Assembly (NCBI RefSeq): GCF_000143415.4
Contig: NW_003314273.1
Span: 1,312,074-1,376,073, forward strand
Length of the DNA stretch: 64,000 bases
DNA from: Selaginella moellendorffii
Taxonomy: Eukaryota; Plantae; Lycopodiophyta
Reading direction: 5' to 3'
The notes under the pieces are model-generated. The model worked only from the letters and a program-made list of their open reading frames with translations. It had not been told where the DNA came from and did no database searches. This document shows positions 35,240-46,740 of the stretch, piece by piece (the first letter of the stretch is position 1; the number at the start of each line of letters is the position of its first letter). The translations under genes were made by a program, and so were the position numbers.

Positions 35240-35939
35240 CTTTGGGACAACTTCTGACTGATCCCACTTGGTAACCTTAGGTTCTTGGTGTTCAGCCACA
35301 CTTTATCCCTAGGTTAGAACTCTACATCCTAACACTTCTGGTTCACATATTTCACATATTCACAACTGCACCCAATGCAAGTTTGAAGCATATATTTCTA
35401 CCTCAAAGTCTTTACCAAAGTCTAGTAATGCAAATATGGGAGCCTTCTTCAATTTCCCTTTGAGGTGGACAAATGCCACCTCGCATTCCGCTGTCCATAC
35501 CATGTTCTCTTTTTCTATTTGGTCCATTAAAGGCAAGATTACTCTCGAATAGTGTTTGATAAACTTTTGATAGCAGTTGTATAGCCCCAGGAATGCCCTT
35601 AACTTGTGTATATTCAATGGTCGTTCCCATTCTTGGATTGCTTAGACTTTTTCAAGGTCCATCTTGAGCCCATCCTTACCCACCATATGCCCAAGAAACT
35701 TTACCTCTTGTTGAGCAAAGTCAAACTCAGCTAAAGCATTGGCCCACCAACCCTATTTCCTTCTTAAGTCAAGTTGTGACAAGAAGTGTTTTGTAGCTAC
35801 AATATCTGTGTAAACTTTGAAGTATCTCATAAGGTAGTGTTACCACTCCTTGAGTGCCTTGACCACCGCAAAGATTTCCTTCTTGTGGGCAAGCCACTTT
35901 CGCTAAGCCTTATCCAACTTCTTCGAGAGGAATACTACA

Positions 35940-37563
35940 TCCCGACGATATTGGTCCTTATTACGTCGATACCTATCTTGAACTTTGCCCATCGCCTTAG
36001 TAGCTCTATGGAAGGGACCTAAAAATTCTAAGTTTGGGAGTGAGCTAGAAGGCACTAGAGAGAGAGTGTGAGGGAGGGAGTGCGGAGGACAGCAGCAGCA
36101 TCTCACACGCCGTGGCAGCAGCACGTAGGGCTCTCCTCGTTCCTCCTCTTCCTCTCTTCTCTTGAAAGCAGCATCTCCGCACTTGGGTCGCGATTTCTCC
36201 TAAACGGCTGGGAGTTTCTTCGATTCCTTTGACAGGGGGCTTGTAGGAGTGGAGCATCACGTCCTCCTACAATGGCACAGCGAGATCTGCCACAGATCTG
36301 GAAATCTCGCTCACCCTAGTTGCGGCAGCAGCTAGGGTTTGCAAGCTTCATAATTTTTGGCTTTTGGTTCTAGGGGGAAATCAAGTTGTGGGAGTGATTG
36401 AGGTGAAGAAGAGGGACATCACCAGAATCACTAGCCCTCCATTAGCTTCGCCGGAGTGGCTATGGCAAGGATGAGCTCGTTTTCTCCTCTTTTCGCTCTC
36501 ATGGCTTGGTATTCCCTCTTTTTCTCGATTCAACTTCACGGCTGGCATCCAGGGAGTGGCAAGAAGCACTCCTAGTAGCGGCGCTTCATTCAGATCTGAG
36601 CTCCAGGAGATCTGGACAACCCTAGCTCGCGCTTTGGAATTAGGGTTCTTGGGCGGTGGCTAGGGTTAGGGTTCCTGGCAGCTAGGGTTCTGGCTGGCAG
36701 CTAGGGTTAGGGTTTGCCCTATTCTAGGGCTAGGGTTCCTTGGCAGCTAGGGCTTCTAGGGCTGGTGGTGGTGGGTCGCTGCGGTCCTAGGAGCCTCTTA
36801 AGGCATCTCGACGGTGGACGGACAGTTGCAAAAGCTCTAGAAATGGAGATCTTTGCCAAGATCTATGCGATCTTGCTTACTTTGACAAGTGATGGAGCAG
36901 TACGGTCAAGGATTGGTGGAGCTGAATGTCACTTTAGGGGTGACTTGGAGCAGCTGGGACTTGAAAAAATTCCCAGCTTTCTGGATTCTCTTTGGAAGAC
37001 AACGCACGATATCTCGCTTTGAGGATGATTGGCAAGGGAGGATTTTTGGATCCAGTGGCAAGGGTTGCTGCCATGTTTGGGGCCAGCAGCCGACAGAGTT
37101 GATTCAATGCTGCACGCATAGGGGATCCGCATGTTTCCTCTCCAACGCTAGATCTAGAGCATTTGGCTCCCTAGGAGGAGGTTTGGGCCATTTCTCTAGT
37201 CCCTTGGGCTAGGAATATTTCGAAGATGGGCTAGTGCACTTATCCCGTGTGGGAGGCAAGGTAGCACGCTCCGACTATGAGTTGGAGGATGTTCACACCT
37301 CGCATGGATTTACAAGTTGGAGTCACATTGCGATGGGGCGTCATTTTGGCACCGAAGGTAGGTTGGTGGTGGAGGGCTTTATGGCAGTTTCGCGTGTCGC
37401 AGAGTGTAGCAGGTGGCTTCCAATTTCATGGTGGAGTCACCTAGGAGGTGGATGGCCCACAAGCAGTGCCGGGCGTCCATGCTCGTAGTCTCGCTAGTCT
37501 CTCTGAGAGTGCACTCTCGCTGTTGTTTTAGCCCCTAAGGGGCATTGGGGAATAGTACACACA
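35940..37563. repeat. GC-rich non-coding segment with clustered (C)TAGGGTT motifs; probably an LTR/UTR remnant of another element
   Basis: About ten tagggt(t)/tagggc motifs at 36330-36765. No credible ORF. It lies between two retroelement remnants and its termini are unresolved. Confidence 0.4.
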
Positions 37564-37564
37564 T

Positions 37565-40500
37565 GTTTCATCTAGACCAACCTTGGTGTAGCTGCTCTAC
37601 ATAAGTCTCAACAGCTGGGACTAACACTTCAGACATTGGTTTCGGTACAACAATCTATTGAGGCACCCCACGAGCATTCCCTTGCAGCATCTCCCATGGA
37701 GAACAGCCAATAGCACTGTGAAATGTGTTGTTATAACAAATTCTGCCATGTCTAAATGCTCAGCCTAGTCGCATTGGTCCACCGCGATATAGTATCGCAG
37801 ATAATCCTCAACTTGAGCATTCACGTGTTCGGTCTGCCCATCAGTTTGAGGATGATAAGCTGTACTAAACTTCAACTTGGTACTGAACAACTAGAATAGT
37901 GTGCCCAAAAACTTCCCAATAAATCTTGAATCTCTATCCAAGATCATCTCTTTGAGAAGACCATGAACCCGCACTACTTCATGGAAAAAGAGCTTTGCTA
38001 CTTGCTTTGCATTCACTGTTTCTACAGTTAAAATGAAGTATGCAATCTTTGACAATTGATCCACAACCACCATCAAAGTATCATAACCCTTAGACTTTGG
38101 CAAGCAAGTGACTAAATCAAATGTCATACTCTAAAATGGCCATGCTGGTGCTCGAATGCATTGCAACTTTCTAGCATTGCTAGCAGTTTTACACTTACAT
38201 TGCTAGCATATAAGGCAGGAACAGACATAATCCACTACATCACCTTCCATACTAGACCAGAAAAATCCCTTTTCCAATAAAGCAAGAGTCTTGCATTTTC
38301 CACCATGTCCCACTGCTGGAACATCATGATATTCCTGCAGAAACAACTACTGTAGATCAATATTGTCTTTACCAGATTTATATATGATTTCAAAATTATA
38401 TCTAGCATGCTTCTCTTGCCAACAAGCTTGCTTTGGCATAAGCTTTGGCTATGTAGCAAAGTAGCTTAATGTGTTACTTTTTGTATAAACCTTAATATGT
38501 CCACCCAAATAGTGTCTCTAGTGTTCCAGTGCCGACACTATAGCAAACATCTCTTTCTCGTCTGTTGGCCATCTTTGTTGGGTTTCATCCAATTTCTTGG
38601 AATAGAATGCAATAGAACAACTATGTCGCCTTAGTGTAACACCAACCGCTTTGTCACAATCTTGCTGTAACACAGCACCAATAGCATAGCTAGATGCATC
38701 ATAATGCACTTCAAATGGTTTATCAAGATCCGAAATCCTAAGAACAGGAACCATAGTCAAGATCTCCTTCAACCATCAAAAACATGCTGACAAGCTAGTG
38801 TCCAATGAAATGGTATACTACTCTCTGTCAACTCAGTCAATAGAAGAGAAATTCTTGCAAAATTGCGGACAACTTGCAATAATACCCTACTAAACCGAGA
38901 AAGGAACGAACATTTGATACAGTGGTCGAGACTTCCTAGGACTTCACCACTTCTACCTTCTTTGGATCCACCTCAATTACGCCACCACCAACTATATATC
39001 TAAGAAAGTTTACATACAATTCTCCAAAAGCACATTTACTTTCTTTAGTATACAGTTTATGTTTGCACAACTTATGAAACACTAGCTCTAAGTGTTTCAA
39101 ATGATCCTCCAACATTTCATTGAAAACTAGAATATCATAGATATATAGGATAACAAATGTGTCCAAATAATCTCCAAATATTCTATCCATCATAGTGTTG
39201 AATGTTGCCAAAGAATTGCATAACCCAATGGCACTGTAAAGAACTCATAAGACTTGGTCAAATAAGTCATCAATGCGAAGCAAAGGATAACTGTTCTTTA
39301 CCATGATTTTATTGAGTGCCCGATAGTTGATACACATCCTCATGGTTCCATCCTTTTTCATAACAAAAAAGGACTAGCACTCCATAAGGTGATTTTCTTG
39401 GTCGGATATGACCTTTGTTAAGAAGGTCCACGAGTTGCTTCTTGAGTTCAACAATCTCCTTGATGTTCAAATGATACAAAGCTTTTGTAGGTGGTTTAGA
39501 ACCCGGAATGACCTCAATCCGATGATCAACCTCATGGCTAGGAGGTAGCCCTGGTGGCAAATCCTTCGAAAAGATATTTTAATTCCTCGCCAACAACTTC
39601 AAAATCTTCTTTGGTACAGAATCAACCCTATCACCAATTTGAATTGAGTCACTATCACTCTCAGCTTCTATCACTTGAACCGAAAAGGTTCTACATCCCT
39701 TCTTAGCTGCTTTTTGAGTGGCTCTCGCAATCAAAAACTTAGCATCCCAATCCTTTAAGGAGTGCTTTTGCAACTGAAAGGACACATTGGGACGTCCTTC
39801 TGACTTCAATGTAATGCGACTTTGTCCAGCACTATAAATCCCTTTAATATATTTGTTGAAGAAATCCATACCAAACACCATCTAAAAATCTGATATCTTC
39901 AACACTACCAAGTCCTTTTTTTCTTTCCACTTGGATATTTTTATTAAAACATCACTCACACATTTTCTAGTACTTGCCCACCTTTCACAAACTAGAAGTG
40001 TATGGGTGACATCTACTTAGCATTCAATCCTAACAACTTAACTAAGTCTTCAGATATCACGCTATGCGTAGGTCCTGTGTCAATCATCACTCAAATTCAG
40101 TGTCTGTAGACAAAGCCTACCAGATACATCAATAGATCAGTGTTTGCTTTGACTGCGAGAAAAACTTGGGGAAAATAATTAAAGTAACTCACCTCTTCTT
40201 TCCCATAGTCTGCATTGACCAACTCGTCAACCCCTTCAGCTTCACCACCACCGTCTTCCCTTATGACATTAATACGAGACCTTGTTTTATGTTTGTTGGG
40301 ACATTTTAAGGACCTATGTCTTGACTCTCCACAATGGAAGCAATGACCCACACTACCCATTCTGCTAGGAGCAAGTTTTGCAGGTTGCTGCTACTTGTAC
40401 CCACCAGGAGGAGGAACAAAGGGCTTAGGACCAGAAGAAGCTGTTGGTGGTTGCCAACCACCACCACCTTTGTTAACCATTGCTTGTGAACCTCCAGGGC

Positions 40501-41500
40501 AGAATCTTCCTTTCACCCTTTATTTCCAATCACTTTATTTATTCCCAGAATTCTTATTCTTGTTTGAGGTACCACCATAAGGCTGCTGATATTGTTCCAT
40601 GAGTGAGTGACTAAGGCAACTTGTTGTGCTACTTCCTTACACTCCAAATATGTCTTCAGGCAACTTGTTGTGCTACTTCCTTACACTCTAAATATGTCTT
40701 CAGCTTAAACTTCAAAATCTCATTGCAAGAAAGTGAACTTAAACCCTTCAGGAAATAGCTTTGAGCATCTTTGTCACTCATATTGGCAATCATAATATGC
40801 TTCTGAGCAAACACATTAATATAATGCATAAGATCCCCTTGCCGCTTTAACCACTACAACTCCGCGCGAAGCCTCAGACCAAGATCATCCAACAAGTATT
40901 CTTTATGGATAGGAGATTGCATCTTGGTCAAATTTCTAGTCTGCCCTATTTTAGCACACACCTGGTGGCACCAAGTTTTGGCATGATCAGTGAGAAAGGA
41001 TTGTGCACATGCAACTTTCGTACGATCATCTACGACTGCCGCTATGAAATAGTTTTCCATATCATAGACCCAGTCTTCCAAAACCTAATAGTCTCGCATG
41101 CCTTTGAAAATGGATGGTTTTGGAGGCTTGAATTTTGAAACTCATGCAACAGGGGGTGGTTGTAGAACTTCATCGTCTTCAAAACTTGAAGAGGAGTCTG
41201 GTTATTTAGATTTAGCTGCCTCAGCTTCCTTCTTCCTTTTCTTGTTCTCTTTCTTCAATTTGTGAACTTCCTTTCGTAAATTCTTGATCTCAACTTCCTG
41301 AGCCATACACTGTAATGCCGTAGCATCTGGCTCTTCCTCTTCTAACTTAGTCTCAGCCTCTTCCACAACATCTTTAGCAGAAGTTTCCTCCTCTTGATTC
41401 ACCCATCTAGAGGTTTCAGTATCATCAACACGGTTCCTTTTCACCATCTCACTAGCTATATGCATGCCTCTATCAATAACTAAACATGCATACAACATTT
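37565..41500 (-). mobile_element. Heavily decayed Ty3/Gypsy element, family 3
   Basis: gag (EDWVYDMENYF), zinc knuckle CFHCGESRHRSLKC, protease (IDTG), RT (YIYDILVF), RNase H (HYDASSYAIGAVL), integrase (TFDLVTCLPKSKGYD; uninterrupted [13 protein letters not shown] at ~37865-37825). Confidence 0.88.
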
Positions 41501-41728
41501 TTACCAGATGGTGCAATCCAACTAATCCTACATAGGTCACTTCATATCTACTAGAAAAGTCTCTGTGTATGCAACTTGAGTCAAAAAATCTGACAAAAGT
41601 TGGATAGGAATCGTTGAAACAATTTCTCTAGAACCAAATGTAGTGCACCTTAATTTGGAGCCAAGCTCCAAGCCTGTTGTGCTACAAAATGAAAGTCCAC
41701 TGCAATCCCACAAGCACCAGCTCCCTGA

Positions 41729-44700
41729 TGTAAAGAACCAACTCACCGATGTGTTGTACGCTAAAAGATCCCTGAAAGCATGACCAAAAAGATAAAGAGT
41801 TCATCAGATGAGACTGAGTACGAGATCGAATCCAAGATTGACTCTGAGACCAAGTTAGAGACCGAGTCTGAGATCAAGTCCGAGACCGAGTCCGAGACCG
41901 AGTCCGAGATTGAGGTCGAGACCGAGTCCAAGATCGGGTTCGAGACCAAGTCTGAGATCTGAGATCGGGTTGGAGACCGAGTTCAAGATCAAGTCCGAGA
42001 CCGAGTCCGAGATCTGGTCCGAGATCAAGTCCAAGATCGAGTTCGAAATTGAGTCTAAGACCGAGTCTGAGGTAGAATCCAAGATCAAGTCCGAGACTGA
42101 GTCCAAATACTAATACAGGTTTGTGGGGTGAAAGCCCAAAACATGTGTCCCCCGGGGGGTGCTCAAGAGGGTTCCAAAAGTATAGTAGGGATAGTGAGGT
42201 TCAAGAACCAGTCTTGAAAGAACTCTCTAGTGGTGCTTTTGAATTGACTTGAGGTTGAGACGGGGCTTAGGGGCCTTGGGTGGGAGTGAGCATGGACTCC
42301 CTATGGGTATGTCAAATCCATAGATGTATTCTATAGAGGTTGAATTCAAGTCCTAACCCCTTAGTAAAGCAAAGCTAGGTTGAAGTCCCAACCCCATACC
42401 AGAGCGTGGTGAGGTGAGGGGTATAGGAACACCTATATTCCATTGTCATGGGCACACTACTAAGTGGGGGGATGCCCCCGGAGACATGGTCAACAAGTTG
42501 TAAGATTAAAAAAAGACATTCAATATGGGCATCGAACTTCTTCTACGGGTGGTGGTGTTGTAAGGAACCAACTCACCGAGGTGTTGTAGGCTGAAGGATC
42601 CCCGAAAGCACGACCAAAAAAATAAAGAGTTCATCGGATGAGACCGAGTCCAAGACCAAGTCCAAGATTGACTCTGAGACCGATTTTGAGACCGAGAGGT
42701 CTCGGACCCAATCTCGGATCTCGAACTTGGTCTTGGTCTCGGAGTCGGTCCCGGACTCAATCTCGGATCTGAGACCGAGTCCGAGATAGAGTCCGAGGTC
42801 GGGTCTGAGATTAAGTTCGAGATCGAGTTTGAGAACGAGTCCGAATACTAATACAAATCATGGGGTAAAAGCCCAAAGCGTGTGTCTCCCAGGGAGGGGG
42901 GGGGGGGGGCTGTACATGGACTCGGGTGGTGTTGAGGGGGGGCACCCAAGAAACTGCTTAAGAGCAGCTCCCACACCCAGAAGGGAAACTAACTGCGGTA
43001 CTCCCATACTCCCAGCTCATGTGAAATGGTGCCCCATTTGAGTACCTTGTGGCTCATTGGTCCTTGCCCTTCATAAGGGCTTGGGACTTCCCTTTAGAAT
43101 GGAAGTGGGGGAGTAGGGGTACCCATACTAGGCTATTACCCCATAGTGTTTCCCCCCGGTGTCCTAAAGCAAGTGTTGCACCTAAGGTTGGGATTTAGAG
43201 GGTCCCATGATTAAACTTTGTTGTACCAAGGGATGTTAGAAACTTGAAGGCTTTGTGTGCTTTGTTGCTTGTGCCTACAAGGAGTGTACCCGAACCTTAA
43301 GTCGAGTCTAATCTAGGGAGGGGGATTGGGAGAGAATTTGGGAATCCATGGATGGATGGCTAACGCTCCGTTGCTCGTGCAATGAGTTGCTAAGACCAAG
43401 TAGGACTAAGTAGGAGCTAGTACAATAGATGGATATCTTGGCAAGGGAACTTAATTAAGGCAACAGCTGTGGTGGTAAGCTAGCAAATTAGAAGGAAAAA
43501 TTTGTGGCTTACAATTTGGTATCAAAACCTTTTCCTCAATTCTAGCAAAGGATAGAGGTGGATTGTTGGGAGATGGCATAAGTAGGGTGTAAAATAATTA
43601 AGGCGGAGATGGAACCTCCTCTAGAGCTAGAGTCTTTGGTCGAACAAGAAGCTATGGATGAGGAATCCTTATATAAGGAGGACTCCATGAGGAAACTTCC
43701 AAACATGAGTCTGATGGTGAGGTTCGATCGTCCAAGGCTCGATTGGACATTTTAGAAGGACAATTGGCACAGATCAATGCCCTGCTAAAGACTCTCGTAC
43801 GCAAGCTAAAAGGTGACAAAAAGCAGAAGAAAAAGCAAAAGACTACAGATGTTGGTAGCGCAGAAGGCATGGACCCTTCGGTAGGGATTGAGGTGGAACT
43901 AAACAAGGTCAAACAAACCAAAGTGGAATCAGTTCCTAAGTACAATCCAAAGCCTCCACCGGTCTTCAAAGGAGTGAATGACTATAAGGTGGTGGAAGAT
44001 TTGTTTTATGATATAGAAGATTACTTTCGAGCGTTGCGGTTACTAAACTCTAAGAGGGTCCCATGTGCAAAACCATACTTGGCAAATAATGCCAAGTCTT
44101 GGTAGAGAATAACAAAGGACAACAAAGGACTGGTGGCCACTTGGGAAATGATAAAGGCGAGGATTTGTGCGACTTACATTCCTCTAAATGCTACTCTACA
44201 CCTAAAGGATGAGCTTAGTAGGCTGAAGCAGACCGGAACCATTCAAGAGTATATGAATGCATTTATGGCAAAGAGGATACTTCTCACGGATATGGGTGAT
44301 ATGGATGTGTTCTATGCCTTCATATCAAGCTTGCAAACCTAGGCTCGAGGCGAGATGATGTATTGGAACTTAACCAACTACAAGGAAGCATTGGATGCAG
44401 CTATTAAGGTGCATTTCAATGATAACCTGCAAAAGGCTAACACAATGGGATCGGGGTCCATGTTTAGCAAAGGAGCCAAACTAAGGGGGATATATGGCAA
44501 AGAGAAATTCAAGAAGAGTTTCTTTAAGAATGAGTCCTTAGACTTCCAAAAAGGCAGATCTGATGGCTAGCGAGCAAGTATGTGGGGGAGTCAAGCGAAA
44601 AGGGACAAACTGACAGATAAGAAGGTCAAATCAGCTAGTGGTATGGGAAACAACGTATGCTTCAACTACGGTGAAGCAAGACACTTTTTGAGAGAATGTC

Positions 44701-46372
44701 CCTACTTAAAGAAGGCTAGAGTTAATATGGCATTAAGTCGGATGAAAATACAACTGAGGTACGTGATTTAGTCCCTAGCTCAAAATTACTCATTACATGA
44801 ACAACTTTGGTAGAGAATCGTTCAGGACATCTACTAGCCCTCCGAGGAAAGCTCGAAAGTAGCTTTGTTAAGATCCTTATTAACACGGGTGCTTTGGATA
44901 ATTTTCTGACTGCAAACATAGTCCAGCAAGCCAGACTAACGGTGCAAAGGTAGCCAAAGCACCGATGAGGTACTTTGACAAGCAAGAGTCGAAGTGGGGA
45001 CATGGAAAGTAGACATGGATTTCACCATATTGGACATGACGAGATTTGACGTGATCTTCAAGATGGATTAGTTCAATTGGTTTGTGGTAGCTTTGCATAG
45101 ACAAAATAGGAACCTTGTAGTACTGGCGAATGCCTAAGGAGAATGATCTAGGGTGGAGGCCTAGGATTTAAAGGTAGGGCAAAGTAAGGCCAAAGACTCC
45201 TACTTGAACCTAGTGTCTACAAGAGGACAACTCACTAAAGGAACCAAGGCACCATTTTTGTGCTTACTCTTAGTGAGGAGTAACAAAAAGGTAGGAACAG
45301 AAGAAATACTTTTAGTGATCTCGTGGGTGTTGGACCAATTTTGAGATACCATGCCAGAGGAGGTACCAACAGGGTTACCCCCGCATGACCAATAGAACAT
45401 AAGATCGAGCTAGTCGAGGGTGCTAAGGCAGTGGTTCGTCCCTCCTATTGGTTGAACGAAAAGGAACTCGAGGAGTTCAAGTGCCAACTTGAGGAGTTGG
45501 TGGAAAAAGGGTATGTCAAGTTGAGCAAGTTGCCGTATGATGCATCAGTGTTATTTGTGAAAAGGAAAGATGGCTCTATGCACATATGCATAGACTATCG
45601 GTTGCTCAATAAATATATAAAGAAGAACAAATACCCTTTACCAAGGATTAAGGACCTATTCCATAAGTTGCAAAAGGTGAAATATTTATTGAGGATTAAT
45701 CTAAGGTCATGATACTACCAGCTCTAAGTAGCAGAGGAAGATGTCAAGAAGACAACCTATCGAACAAGGTATAGAAGCTTTGAGTTTTTAGTGATGCCCT
45801 TTGGGTTGTGCCATGCACTAGTAATGTTCTCAACACTGATAAACCACATTTTTGTACTCTATCTGGATCATTTCATGGTCATCTATATTGACGACATCTT
45901 GATTTATAGTGAGACACTAGAGGAGCATGCCAAACACTTGACGAAAGTGTTTGAGAAACTAAGGGAACACTAGTTGTATGCTAAAGAGAGCAAATATGAC
46001 TTTGCTCAACAAGAAGTAAAGTTTCTTGCGCATATGATGGGCAAGGACGGGCTCAAGATGGACCCTAAGAAGGTCCAACTGATCCAGAAATGGGAAGACC
46101 ATCAAATGTACATGAGTTAAGGGCATTCTTGGGACTATATAACTACTACTAAAAGTTTATTAAACATTATTCAAAAGTAGCACTACCTTTAACGAACCAA
46201 ATAGGAAAAGAGAAGATGATATAAATAACAAAATGTGAGGTGACATTTGTCCACCTCAAAGGGAAGTTGAGGAAGGCTCCCGTGTTGGCATTACTAGACT
46301 TTGGTAAAAACTTTGAGGTAGAAATAGATGCTTCAAACTTTGCGTTAGATGCAATTTTGAAGCAAAATAACC
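41729..46372 (+). mobile_element. Family-2 tandem remnant D: partial LTR, 3' UTR, PPT, full LTR, PBS, degenerate gag-PR-RT-RNase H
   Basis: LTR start at 41729 fused at ~42300 to the 3' UTR, PPT ~42546-42558, LTR 42559-43513, PBS tggtatcaaa at 43517. gag from ~43609 is homologous to 53059-50891, and pol is truncated at ~46372. Confidence 0.85.
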
Positions 46373-46740
46373 AGTTACCAAGATAGGTTGGACCCTATTG
46401 TGTTTTGAAACGAATTGGTAATGTATCCTATCAGTTGGATCTTCCTGCGGAAAATCCAATGTTCATAATGTATTTCATGCCAATTTATTGGCTCCTTACA
46501 CTATGGATGTTGCACAACATGGGGAGATTCATCTACCACTAAACGTTGTGGACGGTGAACCTGAACACAAAGTTGAAACGATCTTGGATTCCCAGGTTTC
46601 AAAGACAGGCTCATATGAAAGAATATTTAGTTAAATGGAAAGGTTACCCATCTTATGAATTAACTTGGGAACCTTTTAGGAATCTTACACATGCTTGTGA
46701 ACTTGTCACGGAGTATGACAATAATAATAAAGACTAGCTT
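46373..46740 (+). pseudogene. Chromodomain-integrase tail of a further, older chromovirus
   Basis: KRIGNVSYQLDLP, VHNVFHANLL, DGEPEHKVETILDS, EYLVKWKGYPSYELTWEP. AT-rich and divergent from family 2. Confidence 0.75.

Larger units (their letters stand above)
26362..35935 (-). mobile_element. Family-2 copy G (3' half, scrambled), sharing the 26362 LTR with F; host of the LARD-like element
   Basis: RNase H/RT fragments 35935-35365, GPY/F lead-in 35360-35240, intron 2 at 35189-35239, then after the insertion GPY/F plus chromodomain 27521-27140. 3' UTR 27100-26790, PPT remnant ~26775. Confidence 0.8.
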
